Shown here piece after piece: positions 1-9,321 of a stretch of 29,104 bases of DNA. The position numbers and the translations under genes were made by a program. How positions within the stretch are numbered: the first letter of the stretch is position 1; each line of letters begins with the position of its first letter. The DNA comes from a virus (taxonomy: Duplodnaviria; Caudoviricetes): IMG/VR virus record IMGVR_UViG_3300000756_000004, positions 1-29,104 of that record; one strand, 5' to 3'. The notes under the pieces were generated by a model. The model searched no databases and had not been told where the DNA came from. It saw nothing but the letters and a program-made list of their open reading frames with translations.

Positions 1-1367
1 ATAGACAGTGCTGCCAGAGTGAATTAATGATGCGTTATAAGCACTTGTGCTGGCATTTAGAATACCCCAATTACCCACCCCAATATTCACAATCATTCTT
101 GGGATTGTAGCCCCCCAGCCAAAATACAAAGCAGCACTTGTTCTGTCCAGAGCCACCACTTCTGAGGCAATGATGTTTGCCTTAATCTTATTTGGTTCAG
201 CTACTGCCCTAGTGACATAGAAGGTGGATGCAATGGATGTGTCATTTACTGTTGCAGCTTGGGTGGGGGCTTGGGGATACCCTGTCAAAGTAGGGCTGGC
301 AGTGTTTGCCTTCAGTGCCAATGCAGTGTCAACTTGTGCAATGCTGTAAACGCTAAGATTGGTGCGCGCTGTAGAAGTGCTGACCAGCTCAGATAGATTA
401 TTTGCCTGGCGCAGATAACGGCCATCAGCACTAGACTCAGTTAAGGCTGGCTCTAAAGGTGACAAGCTTAGTGCGCCTTCATCAATCACTGCGGATTTTA
501 AAGTGCAGGGAATTTGCAGCACTGTCAGGGTATCAGTGCCATCAGCAATTTCCACTTCCAGGGTGGTCTGTATGCTTTCAGCACCATCAAGGTAGCTGAT
601 GGCATTGGCCGTATTCATATCCAAATTACCTTCAAAGCCAGCAAAGGAAAGCAGGCCAGAGCTGCCACCTGTCAGACCAGACGCGCCAGGCTGCACCCTT
701 ACAGTGATATCATAGGCATAAGCCCCCACCTGTTGCACAGTAACAAGATCCAGCAGGGCATCTTTGCTCAGTGCGTTTTGCACTTCCAGGGCAGTGCTGC
801 CTACAGCCAGGGAAATTGTGCTTACATCTGTGCCTGTGTTTGCATCAAAGGCCAGGGTGAATGTGCCACCCTTAGGATCAGGGCTGATGCTTGCGCGGAA
901 AGTGGCGCGCGATCCATCCCAGGCAGACAGGGTAGCTGTGGTAATGGTGCTGGCTGTAGTGGCTGAGAAGCTAAGTGCCAAAGCAGCCACATTCTTTTGA
1001 AGATGCACCAGCACGATCTCAGGCTGGCTTCCATCACCTTCCTGTAAGACAGAAATGCCAACAGTGCTAAGAGGGATGAGCGCACTGCCATTACCTGTGA
1101 AAGCAGCCCTGCTTCCATTGCTCACAAATTTGATAGAATAATTGTCACCAATCTTGCTAACAGTAACCCCACCAGCTGTAGAGATAGAGGAAAGCAAATT
1201 GAGCTTTGTCTCCATAAAAGCTGCTGTCACATTGTGATCAAAGGCAAAGCTGGTATCACCCCCAAAGGTCAGGGTGAAATGGCCAGCTGTGGGGCTTTCA
1301 TCAATAGCACCAATGGCCACCTTAATCCCTGGAGATCCAAGGCCAGCCACTTCCTGGCGGGGGTATG
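1..1367. repeat. Terminal direct repeat, left copy (same as 27738-29104)
   Basis: The start atagacagtgctgcc recurs at 27738 and the window end ctggcgggggtatg matches 1354-1367. ORF-track duplicates are offset by exactly 27,737. Confidence 0.97.
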
Positions 1368-1524
1368 TGCCCAAGCCTGTCTGCTCAATAAAGTAAATGC
1401 GCAGCTTGGCCAGATCACCTAGATAAAAGACAGGATTGCTGATGGGGCTGGTGCTGCTGTAAGTGGCATAGGCCAGCCCAGCAGACACATCAATGAACAG
1501 GCTTTGGGTGGTAGGTAATGGCAT
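1..1524 (-). CDS. Tail fibre / receptor-binding protein, 5' part. The full gene wraps 1524->1 then 27737->27651 (536 aa).
   Basis: ATG at 1524 (MPLPTTQSLFIDVSAG...) reads in frame into the 478-aa ORF. Contains NNLSELVSTSTARTNL and SPTLTGYPQAPT...NDTSIASTFYV, typical tail-fibre repeats. Last gene of the tail module. Confidence 0.75.
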   Translation of the reverse strand, partial: MPLPTTQSLFIDVSAGLAYATYSSTSPISNPVFYLGDLAKLRIYFIEQTGLGTYPRQEVAGLGSPGIKVAIGAIDESPTAGHFTLTFGGDTSFAFDHNVTAAFMETKLNLLSSISTAGGVTVSKIGDNYSIKFVSNGSRAAFTGNGSALIPLSTVGISVLQEGDGSQPEIVLVHLQKNVAALALSFSATTASTITTATLSAWDGSRATFRASISPDPKGGTFTLAFDANTGTDVSTISLAVGSTALEVQNALSKDALLDLVTVQQVGAYAYDITVRVQPGASGLTGGSSGLLSFAGFEGNLDMNTANAISYLDGAESIQTTLEVEIADGTDTLTVLQIPCTLKSAVIDEGALSLSPLEPALTESSADGRYLRQANNLSELVSTSTARTNLSVYSIAQVDTALALKANTASPTLTGYPQAPTQAATVNDTSIASTFYVTRAVAEPNKIKANIIASEVVALDRTSAALYFGWGATIPRMIVNIGVGNWGILNASTSAYNASLIHSGSTVY

Positions 1525-1547
1525 TGGCTTCTAAAATTGCTGATAGG

Positions 1548-2456
1548 TCAATCAGTGGCATCTGGGGAAACAGACCTTAAGACCAGCCCACCAAATTGCA
1601 CCCAGGTATCCAGGCCACCATTAATTTGATGAGTGACCACATTGGTGGGCAGAGTAGTGCCAGCCATCAAAGCTTCATAAGATGATTGAAGGGCTACCAC
1701 CACAATGGGGATTTCACTGACTGTTGCAGCATTGACCTGGTAGCTGTAGCCAAAAGGCGCGCCTGGATCTGCCACCCATTGGGCTGTGCTGGTCAGCACT
1801 TCAAAGAAGCCTGTATATGTGCGGCCAATAAACCAGGGGTGATCTAGGAGCAGCATCTGATTTAGTGGCCACTCTGTCTGGTAAACCACATATCCTGAAG
1901 GGGGTGTGGTGGGCACTGATCCAGGGATGCCTGGATTGCCTGAGGTATAGCCATTGATGCCATCATTGGGGGTGACATACCTAACACCTGGGGCATATTG
2001 TGGCTCATAGGCATAAAAGACCTGGCTGCAATTGCACCCCAGATACATCTCACCATTGGGCAAAGGGATGGGTGCAAACATCAAAGCAGCTGGAGTAGCT
2101 GCCAATGAGCTGCTTGCCCCCTGCACTGTGTAGCCATCACTGAAATAATTAGATGTGCTGCTGTAGGCATCAGCATCATAGCTGACCACAGGGGATTGGA
2201 TGGCTGTGTGCAGTGGCCTTAATACCAGGCGCATCCCATTGGTGGTGCTGGCTGGCTCATATAGCGACCAGGTGCGGAAGCTTGCCCCATCCACTTCCAC
2301 AGCTGGGCTGGCTGTGCCCCCTGTGTGCCTGTCATTCTTCTGATACACCAGGCCATTAAGCTGCACGATTGATGCGCTGGTGGCTGCTGGTGTGCCCCAT
2401 ACAGGTGGGGTTTCAGTCAGCCTGGCATAATACCCATTTGGATAATAATCAGACAT
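1548..2456 (-). CDS. Putative tail tip / minor tail protein (302 aa)
   Basis: Long ORF rich in aromatic residues, Pro and Thr, between the tape-measure-distal genes and the fibre. Synteny only. Confidence 0.5.
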   Translation of the reverse strand: MSDYYPNGYYARLTETPPVWGTPAATSASIVQLNGLVYQKNDRHTGGTASPAVEVDGASFRTWSLYEPASTTNGMRLVLRPLHTAIQSPVVSYDADAYSSTSNYFSDGYTVQGASSSLAATPAALMFAPIPLPNGEMYLGCNCSQVFYAYEPQYAPGVRYVTPNDGINGYTSGNPGIPGSVPTTPPSGYVVYQTEWPLNQMLLLDHPWFIGRTYTGFFEVLTSTAQWVADPGAPFGYSYQVNAATVSEIPIVVVALQSSYEALMAGTTLPTNVVTHQINGGLDTWVQFGGLVLRSVSPDATD

Positions 2457-2922
2457 TGAACCAATACCAATATGCCCCTGATGGGGATGTGGCTACCCTG
2501 GCAGTGATCAAGCTGGCGCGCACCAGCTGGCTGATCTGCAGGCTGTTGCCTGTCTTTGTCACTGAGGCAAGGGCAAGATGCCCCAGGCTGGCTGTGTCAG
2601 CTGGCAAGGTGGCAGCAAATAATATTTCAACAGTGGCTGGAAAGGGTGTGCCACTTGCCCTGGTAGCTTTCAGATAGATATACCCTGTGGCACTTACTGC
2701 CAGCTGTGGGATGGTAGCTGCATCAATGAAATTGCCACCAATCTTTGGGATCACTTTGTTTACCGATCCAGGCTGCACAGACACAGCAGGGGCTGTGGCA
2801 CTGATTGCATTGGTGTAAACTTCAAGGGCAGCGCGCTTCCTGCCTGGGGTGTCCACACTTAGGCTGTAGCCCTTGCTATCACTTGTGAAGGTGTAGCCCA
2901 CACCTGGCTGCAGCTTGCTCAT
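2449..2922 (-). CDS. Putative minor tail protein (157 aa)
   Basis: Start MSKLQPG overlaps the upstream stop (TAATG). Tail module position. Confidence 0.5.
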   Translation of the reverse strand: MSKLQPGVGYTFTSDSKGYSLSVDTPGRKRAALEVYTNAISATAPAVSVQPGSVNKVIPKIGGNFIDAATIPQLAVSATGYIYLKATRASGTPFPATVEILFAATLPADTASLGHLALASVTKTGNSLQISQLVRASLITARVATSPSGAYWYWFNV

Positions 2923-3656
2923 TAATTGTGTGTTTCGTAGATGAAGCTGTGCCAACCACCTGTGGCCACCCTGAAGGTAAAACGCACTTTATACACATTG
3001 GCATACAGCTCATAATTGCAGGATGTAAGCAGGCCATATCTGATGTGATAAGCACTGATGGGCTTAAGCACAGGGGGTATGATCATATCAGCTGCACCAG
3101 GGATTGTGTTGAATGTCTTGCCCACCATCTTCTGATTATTCAGCAGGATCTCCTTACTGTTTGTATAGTAAGTGCCTGAAAATTGTAGGTCTGGTGCAAG
3201 GTAGCTTTTCACTCCCACCAGGGCATTGGACAGCGCAGCTGCATTGGTAAGAGGGAAAGCCCTATCAGCAATATCCCAGCCTAGATCCTTAAGTGGTTTG
3301 CCTGATGTGCCAGCCTTGCCTGTGGCAAAGTTAGGATGCACTTCAATGGGCTGAGTGCTTAGGGCTGTATCACCAGACACCATCACCCTGGTCATCTGGC
3401 CTGCAGCCAGGCCAACATAATCAGCTGAGATCGTGGCCAGCTCATTGTCATTGATTGAATAGGTGGCCTTATGGCAAAGCAGACGGCCATCCTTTGGGTG
3501 GGCTTCATTCTCCTTGGGCTTCTTTGACTCAGCAGAAGCAGCATCACAGATGAAGGTCAGCCTGGATGTGAGCAGGCCAAAGCCATCATTCTCAATTGTC
3601 CAGCCAGGCTGGAGCTGTGGGGTGGTGAGCTTATCACCCTGATATTTTTTGGCCAT
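2922..3656 (-). CDS. Putative distal tail / hub protein (244 aa)
   Basis: Immediately follows the tape measure gene; beta-rich composition. Confidence 0.5.
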   Translation of the reverse strand: MAKKYQGDKLTTPQLQPGWTIENDGFGLLTSRLTFICDAASAESKKPKENEAHPKDGRLLCHKATYSINDNELATISADYVGLAAGQMTRVMVSGDTALSTQPIEVHPNFATGKAGTSGKPLKDLGWDIADRAFPLTNAAALSNALVGVKSYLAPDLQFSGTYYTNSKEILLNNQKMVGKTFNTIPGAADMIIPPVLKPISAYHIRYGLLTSCNYELYANVYKVRFTFRVATGGWHSFIYETHN

Positions 3657-3659
3657 AGG

Positions 3660-4991
3660 TTATACAGTGAACATAGATTGATTGGGATCTTTAGTGAAAT
3701 CCACACCCTGCATTTTGCCTGATGCGATTTCTTCGCGCAGCTCCACCACTGCCTTGAGAATTTCTTTCTCTGTTTCAGCAATGCTTTTAAGGTATTCAGG
3801 AGCAGGATCAGATGGGATGAATTCACCTGCCATAGCACCCCCGATTTCTCGCAGGCTGGACACAGTAAGCTTGGCATTTTTGGCAGCTTCCTTGGCCTTC
3901 TCATCCTTGACCTTCTGGGCTTCATCAAGCTCCTGGGCTGTGCGCTTGGCATCATTCTTTGCAGCTGCTTCCTTTTCCTTTTCCAGATCGGCCACACCTT
4001 TGGCCTGATCAGCCAATGCTGCAGCCACTGCTTCATCATTCATCCTAGCCATTTCCAATTCTGTAAGGGCTGCAGCTGAGCCAGCACCAGCTTCAGATCT
4101 AGCAAGGGCTGCAGCTTCCCTGCGCTTCTTAAGGATGGCCAGCACTTCTTCTTGTGCCTTAAGGTCTTTTGCTGCAGATGCAGGGCTAAGCACAATGCCA
4201 CCAGCTGTAGTGCCTTCAGCTGCCCTTTCACCAGCCCTGGCCAGCACCCCTGCCACTTCAGGATCACTGCTTTCAAGGAATATTCTTGTGGCTTCTGTCG
4301 CAGCAATTGCAGCCTGCTCCCTATTCTTTGCCTGCTGCTCCCTGCGCTTCTTTTCCTCAATCAAAGCAATCTGATCCTGGCTGATGCCTGGATCTTCACC
4401 ATACCCATTGGCAATCTGCTGTGCCTTGAGCAGCACAGGGATAAGGTCTGCAGCACTCTTGCCCAGCATTGTGGTGGCCAAGGCCATCCTGTCTGTGTTG
4501 GAAGATGCACCACCCATAGCAATGCCCATTGCTTCAATGACCTGGATGGGCTTAAGCATACCAGCTGCAATCTGCTCAGCTGAGAAGCCTAGGGCAGTCA
4601 GCATCTTTTCCTGCGCGCTGCCACTGATGGTGGCCTGATCAATGATGTCAGTGACCTCAGTGAATAGCTTGGCCACCTTATTGACTCCAATACCACTTGC
4701 CTCAGCTGCCTTGCTAAGCCTAAGGAATTCATCAGTGGCCACACCAATATCTGCAGCCTTATCTGAAATCCCTGTGTAAGCTTCAATAGACTCAGCCACC
4801 TTCTTCTTCTGGGCTTCAATGGCTTCACCAATCATTGAAATCCCTGTATGCACTAGGGTAAGTGGCGCAGCAAAAGACAAGAAGCCTTTGGCCAGGTCTG
4901 TGCCTAGGTTTTTAATCTTCTTCTGCACTGTCTCCACAGCCCTGGATGCCTGATCCCTGGCTGAAATTGTGAAAGATAGGTCGTTACTCAT
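3660..4991 (-). CDS. Tail tape measure protein (443 aa, short)
   Basis: N-terminal LSFTISARDQASRAV is typical of TMPs. Ala-rich helical sequence with LGKSAADLIPVL. Follows the tube and chaperone genes. Confidence 0.75.
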   Translation of the reverse strand: MSNDLSFTISARDQASRAVETVQKKIKNLGTDLAKGFLSFAAPLTLVHTGISMIGEAIEAQKKKVAESIEAYTGISDKAADIGVATDEFLRLSKAAEASGIGVNKVAKLFTEVTDIIDQATISGSAQEKMLTALGFSAEQIAAGMLKPIQVIEAMGIAMGGASSNTDRMALATTMLGKSAADLIPVLLKAQQIANGYGEDPGISQDQIALIEEKKRREQQAKNREQAAIAATEATRIFLESSDPEVAGVLARAGERAAEGTTAGGIVLSPASAAKDLKAQEEVLAILKKRREAAALARSEAGAGSAAALTELEMARMNDEAVAAALADQAKGVADLEKEKEAAAKNDAKRTAQELDEAQKVKDEKAKEAAKNAKLTVSSLREIGGAMAGEFIPSDPAPEYLKSIAETEKEILKAVVELREEIASGKMQGVDFTKDPNQSMFTV

Positions 4992-5541
4992 TGTGCTTCT
5001 TGGCTTCTAATTCTGCCAGATGGTCAATCAATTCTTCATCATCTGTGGTCAATATATCCAGCTTAGCCCCCTGCTGGATATTGAAGGCAGTGGCCAGCCA
5101 TAGGGCTTTTGCCTCAGGCATATTGAGCGCATCACTGTAGCTCATCCCATTTCTGACCAGGGTGGCCAGGATGCTAAGCTGCCAGGGGATTGAGCTTTCC
5201 CCGCTGCTGGCTTTCTTTTCATAAAACTTGGGATAAGATCCCTGCTGGTTTATGTGCTTAACGAAAGCCAGGGATGCCTCAGCCATCCTGGGCTTGGATA
5301 GGGTAAGCACTAAAGCCTTCCATTTGTCGGCCAGGGTAAAGCCATCAATGCTTTCATCTGCACAGATCTTGATGGCCAGCAGCAGATCTGTGGGAGTCAG
5401 CTCCTTATCCTGCGCAACATAGGGGCTGGCTATTCCCTCCAAGAAGATCCTGTGCTTTAGGCAGAAGGGCTTAAGCTTCTTGCCCAGGATGGATGTGCCT
5501 GATGGGGTAAGGAAGGCACTGAAAAATCTAAGGTCTGCCAT
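4984..5541 (-). CDS. Putative tail assembly chaperone (185 aa)
   Basis: Lies between tail tube and TMP. The C-terminal GMSYSDALNMPEAKALWL resembles gpT/TAC-type motifs. Confidence 0.55.
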   Translation of the reverse strand: MADLRFFSAFLTPSGTSILGKKLKPFCLKHRIFLEGIASPYVAQDKELTPTDLLLAIKICADESIDGFTLADKWKALVLTLSKPRMAEASLAFVKHINQQGSYPKFYEKKASSGESSIPWQLSILATLVRNGMSYSDALNMPEAKALWLATAFNIQQGAKLDILTTDDEELIDHLAELEAKKHNE

Positions 5542-5584
5542 TACAGCAGACCTTAAGAAGCCCAGCCTGGAAGGTCAATCTGCC

Positions 5585-5935
5585 TTAAACAGATGTGATC
5601 TTTTCGTATTGAGCAGCTGTGACACTGATGCGCATAAAGCCTTTGGCTTCCCCGCGCTCCTCAATCTGGGTGATGTGCCCAGCAAACGCATAACCATTAC
5701 CTGTGAAGGCAAGCACTGTGCCAATTGCAACAGCATAGCTTGCAGGCACAAGACCTTCCACAGTCAGATTTCTGCGCTCATCAGAGTAACGCACAGTAAT
5801 CACTTCACCCAGGGCATTGGTCACTTCATCAGCATTACCATAGCTAACGCTAGTGGTATAGCTTTGAACAGTTAAGCCTGTCACAGTGCCAGCTGTGCCA
5901 TAAATGTGGGCTGTGCCCTGTGTCTTAATTGCCAT
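5585..5935 (-). CDS. Putative tail tube protein (116 aa)
   Basis: Beta-rich, Thr/Gly/Val-rich. Follows the terminator-like gene and is preceded by the late motif. Confidence 0.55.
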   Translation of the reverse strand: MAIKTQGTAHIYGTAGTVTGLTVQSYTTSVSYGNADEVTNALGEVITVRYSDERRNLTVEGLVPASYAVAIGTVLAFTGNGYAFAGHITQIEERGEAKGFMRISVTAAQYEKITSV

Positions 5936-5976
5936 TGGTATAGTGGTTTAATAATGCACCAAAGGTCAAACACCCA

Positions 5977-6411
5977 TCAGGTGTTGCTCAAGCAGATCAG
6001 CACATCAAAGGCCAGGGTGGTCATAAAGGCGCGCTCACCCCTTCCTTCATCCAGGCTGGTCTGCGTTACATCATAGCAAGTGGCATCATTGATGGTGACA
6101 AATCTGGCCTTGATGGTGGCCAGGTCATTCATCAGCCCCATCACATCCTGGGAAGCTTCCCTGTGGGTGGCAATGGTGTCATCATCAATGCTATTGAAGA
6201 TGCCAATATTGACCTTGCACACATAATTGCCCAAGCCCTGGGAGATCTCACCAGGGTAAGCTGCACTCTCACAGCTCACAATAATGCTGGGCAGCTCAAG
6301 CTCAGTGGCTGCTTGGCCTTTAAAGATTGTATAACCAGCCAGGGCAGCTTCTGCATCAAGCACAGCAGCCAGGGCATCTTCAGTAATATTCAGTGGGGAT
6401 TTGGATGGCAT
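5977..6411 (-). CDS. Putative tail terminator / completion protein (144 aa)
   Basis: Acidic ~140-aa protein with LPSIIVS, directly upstream of the tube gene. Confidence 0.55.
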   Translation of the reverse strand: MPSKSPLNITEDALAAVLDAEAALAGYTIFKGQAATELELPSIIVSCESAAYPGEISQGLGNYVCKVNIGIFNSIDDDTIATHREASQDVMGLMNDLATIKARFVTINDATCYDVTQTSLDEGRGERAFMTTLAFDVLICLSNT

Positions 6412-6417
6412 AAAGTG

Positions 6418-7374
6418 TTAAGTAGGTGATCTGCCTGTATTAGCTTTCTCAATAGCAATCCGCATAAAATGACGCATCCTAGCAGACATTTTTCCAGCGC
6501 GCACACCAATCACAAAACGCCTAGTGCCTGCCAGGTAGCCCACCCCAAAGATATTTCCCAGATCATTGCGCACTACTAGATGCACATCATTTGCAGCACC
6601 ATTAAAGATATTAAGCCCCGCAGATCCGTGGCCTGCAGGGTGACGCGAAACCCAGGTAGGCATCTTACGCAGGCCAAATTTCTTTTCCACCCCATTAATC
6701 TTAGGTGTGCCAATCTTATTAATGGCAGAAATCCAGCCTGCCTTCATAAAGCCTACCCTAAGCTGTCTGGTCTTAATGTATCTTTCAATAATCTGGATAG
6801 AAGCAAAGTGGGGCTGCTCACCCTTCACCTGGCCTGTGATTGGATCTCGGCCACCATTCTTTCTGATGCGTCCTTTATACATCTTTCTGATGCGATCGTG
6901 GCGCGCCTTCAATGCACTGTCATTTTCAATGATGCCAATGCGTCTGCCACCAAATCTGCCAAATAGATTTTGGGCGCGTTTAAAGGCGCGCTCAGGGTTT
7001 GTATCTTGCCAAATCTTGCTTGCCAGCCCCTGTGTCTTTGGTGGCTTGCCCATCCTCCACTTGGTAAATTTTGCCAAGCTATTCTTCTTTGATCCCATAG
7101 CTGAAGCCAGGGTTTTGCTATCCTCACCCACCACAGTCAGCACATCATTTGCAACAGCCCAATCACCCCAATGCTGTGCAATCTTCTTATCACCCTTGCC
7201 ACCAAGCTTGCCATTTAGTGGTGGGCTGAAATCAATGGCAGCGCGACAGGTCAAAGCCCCTTCCTCTTTTACCAGGTCAATGCTCATCTGCTTTGTGTAA
7301 GCCCCAAAATCAGCATACACTTTTGTTAGCTGCGCGTGTAGATTTCGATTAACTGTAATTACTATATCAGACAT
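6418..7374 (-). CDS. Putative neck / tail completion protein (318 aa, very basic)
   Basis: Lys/Arg-rich. Position between the head-closure and terminator genes. Confidence 0.45.
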   Translation of the reverse strand: MSDIVITVNRNLHAQLTKVYADFGAYTKQMSIDLVKEEGALTCRAAIDFSPPLNGKLGGKGDKKIAQHWGDWAVANDVLTVVGEDSKTLASAMGSKKNSLAKFTKWRMGKPPKTQGLASKIWQDTNPERAFKRAQNLFGRFGGRRIGIIENDSALKARHDRIRKMYKGRIRKNGGRDPITGQVKGEQPHFASIQIIERYIKTRQLRVGFMKAGWISAINKIGTPKINGVEKKFGLRKMPTWVSRHPAGHGSAGLNIFNGAANDVHLVVRNDLGNIFGVGYLAGTRRFVIGVRAGKMSARMRHFMRIAIEKANTGRSPT

Positions 7375-7377
7375 AGC

Positions 7378-7710
7378 TTATCTGGTGTTTTCATCCACCA
7401 CTGTCAGCTGCACCCAGGCAGATCCAGGCTTCCTGAAAGGCTTGCTGGTGATCCTGAAGATGCGGCCAGCCCAAGTGAGCTTCTTGCCAAAGGCCATATC
7501 AGCTGAAGCAGCCAGGGCTGCAGCTGTGGCTGGGATCTTCACTGTGGTGCTGATCTGATCCATCAGGCCACCAGCATCCAGGGTAGGGTTTAGGGTGGCA
7601 TCAGATACCATAGCTGGGAAAGTGTTAGCCCCAATGGTCACTGTCTGCCCAGCTTCAGCTGTTAGGGCTATGGCATCAGCCAACATCATTGAGATTAATG
7701 CTGCGTTCAT
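7378..7710 (-). CDS. Putative head closure (gpFII-like) protein (110 aa)
   Basis: Start MNAALISM lies just after the late motif. C-terminal GKKLTWAGRIFRIT fits the head-tail joining pattern. Confidence 0.55.
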   Translation of the reverse strand: MNAALISMMLADAIALTAEAGQTVTIGANTFPAMVSDATLNPTLDAGGLMDQISTTVKIPATAAALAASADMAFGKKLTWAGRIFRITSKPFRKPGSAWVQLTVVDENTR

Positions 7711-7824
7711 ATCAATGCACCAAAGGTCTATCAGCTTTGCTGCCATACAGGGCTGGCGCGCTGTGCCCCCTGGCTTGCCCCAGGAAGCCTTTGCCCTGGC
7801 TACCCCTGCCCAGGATACCCACCA

Positions 7825-7863
7825 AAGCAGAAAGCCCCCGCCAGGGTTAATCTGGCGGGGGCT
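7825..7863 (-). terminator. Intrinsic terminator after the 105-aa ORF
   Basis: 12-bp stem AGCCCCCGCCAG-ATTAACC-CTGGCGGGGGCT followed by TTCTGCTTT on the minus strand. Confidence 0.75.
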
Positions 7864-7869
7864 GGGTGC

Positions 7870-8187
7870 TTAGCTGTTGGCCTGCTGGGTGCGCGGGTGT
7901 CTGGTGTTATCCAGGTGGAAGTGGACAATCCACTGCTGGCCATTGGTGTTACCCTTTGACCAGGTGTCTGCCCTGCCGCCGCAGCTCCATTTGTAGTTTT
8001 GGCCTTCCCCAATCCAGGTGGCCACTGCCTCAGCCTTCTCCTTGGCCGTAGCCAGGGGGCAGCTTGAGAAGGTAGCCCAAGCCCAATTGCACCCACCCCT
8101 GACATTATCAGGGATGAAAGGACAGGCTGGGCTGGCTGGTTTCGGGGAAGCCTTTGCAGGCTTGGTGGTGATCTTGCGTTTTATCAT
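7870..8187 (-). CDS. Hypothetical moron-like protein (105 aa)
   Basis: Has its own sigma70-like promoter and terminator. A/C-rich leader ACAAAACACACAATG. Confidence 0.65.
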   Translation of the reverse strand: MIKRKITTKPAKASPKPASPACPFIPDNVRGGCNWAWATFSSCPLATAKEKAEAVATWIGEGQNYKWSCGGRADTWSKGNTNGQQWIVHFHLDNTRHPRTQQANS

Positions 8188-8293
8188 TGTGTGTTTTGTT
8201 TTTTATCCCTGGCAGGCTTGCGCCTGGCCAGAAAGTTAATCACCACCATCAGCTGTCAAAGATCAGAGTGATATGCTTTCTATCACTTCAATC

Positions 8294-8321
8294 ATCATAG
8301 CACATCATTTGCTTTTGTCAA
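8294..8321 (-). promoter_or_regulatory. Sigma70-like promoter TTGACA-16-TATGAT with extended TG
   Basis: Minus strand reads TTGACAAAAGCAAATGATGTGCTATGAT, directly after the capsid terminator. Confidence 0.75.
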
Positions 8322-8354
8322 CACATCATTTCTACAGCTCCAGGCAGTGGACAC

Positions 8355-8383
8355 AAAAAAACCCCACCATTTCTGGTGAGGCT
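8355..8383 (-). terminator. Intrinsic terminator after the major capsid gene
   Basis: Minus strand GCCTCACCA-GAAA-TGGTGGGGT followed by TTTTTT. Confidence 0.85.
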
Positions 8384-8407
8384 TGATGATCATCTAAGTG
8401 CCTAAGC

Positions 8408-9283
8408 TTAGGCTGTCTTTACTCGCTTGCCAGCTGTGGCGCGCGCGGTCTTGACACCAAAACGCATTGTGGCCGTGAAGCGCAGCACACCATCTGTATC
8501 CTGTGCGCGCAAGACCTGGACAGACAGACCAGAAGGATCAGTGGCCGTGGACACATCACCAGGGAACATACCAGCATAAGGCAGACCCATACCAATTGCG
8601 AGTGCGTCAGCTCCGCAGGCAAACGCTGCGAGATTTTCCGAATTGGTAGGAAGATCAGTGAATTCAAAGACCTGGAAGCCAGCGATCGTGCCGATCAGAC
8701 CAGACGAAATCAGGGAGGATTGACCAGCCTGATTGAAAGGAGCTGTCAGGGTAGCATCCTTACGGAGCGCGCCAGCATAAGCACCATTGACCAGGAGACA
8801 GCGAGGATCACCAGCCTTGGCATCATTGAGATCTGTATTGAGGTCAACCACCTGGGCATAATTGAAATTGGCTGCAGTGATAACTTCATTGGCCGAGAAG
8901 TTAGCATTGACCAGCTCAGCACCGATCAATGCGTGGAGCTTCTTGGAAAGCTGATTGATGGCTTCAGGCACAAAGGCATTGGCCAGGTATTGCTCACCAT
9001 ATTCACCCACTTCATCAGGAGTGAATTCCTTGGTGCTGTGGTAATGCTTAAGAAGCACTGTGACACCTGTCAGATCTGCATTGTCACCTTCTTTGTAACC
9101 ACCATTTGCCTTAGAGAATTCCTTGGCAACGCCACCCGAAACCAGATTGACCTGGATTGATTTGCCTACGGCATTGGTGGTGAGGTTTGTGGAGAAAGCG
9201 GAGAGAACGCCCAAGCGACCCTTAAGGCCAGCCAGGACGATTTCGGAGAGAACAGCAGGAGCTGCTGTGAATGTGTTAGCCAT
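8408..9283 (-). CDS. Major capsid protein (291 aa, presumed HK97 fold)
   Basis: Follows the protease and scaffold genes and is followed by a terminator. Contains a GLIGTIAGFQVFE P-domain-like motif. Codon usage differs from the rest of the genome. Confidence 0.8.
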   Translation of the reverse strand: MANTFTAAPAVLSEIVLAGLKGRLGVLSAFSTNLTTNAVGKSIQVNLVSGGVAKEFSKANGGYKEGDNADLTGVTVLLKHYHSTKEFTPDEVGEYGEQYLANAFVPEAINQLSKKLHALIGAELVNANFSANEVITAANFNYAQVVDLNTDLNDAKAGDPRCLLVNGAYAGALRKDATLTAPFNQAGQSSLISSGLIGTIAGFQVFEFTDLPTNSENLAAFACGADALAIGMGLPYAGMFPGDVSTATDPSGLSVQVLRAQDTDGVLRFTATMRFGVKTARATAGKRVKTA

Positions 9284-9321
9284 TTGATTTAGTTATTTAG
9301 GTATTAGAGTTAGGGAAAAAA

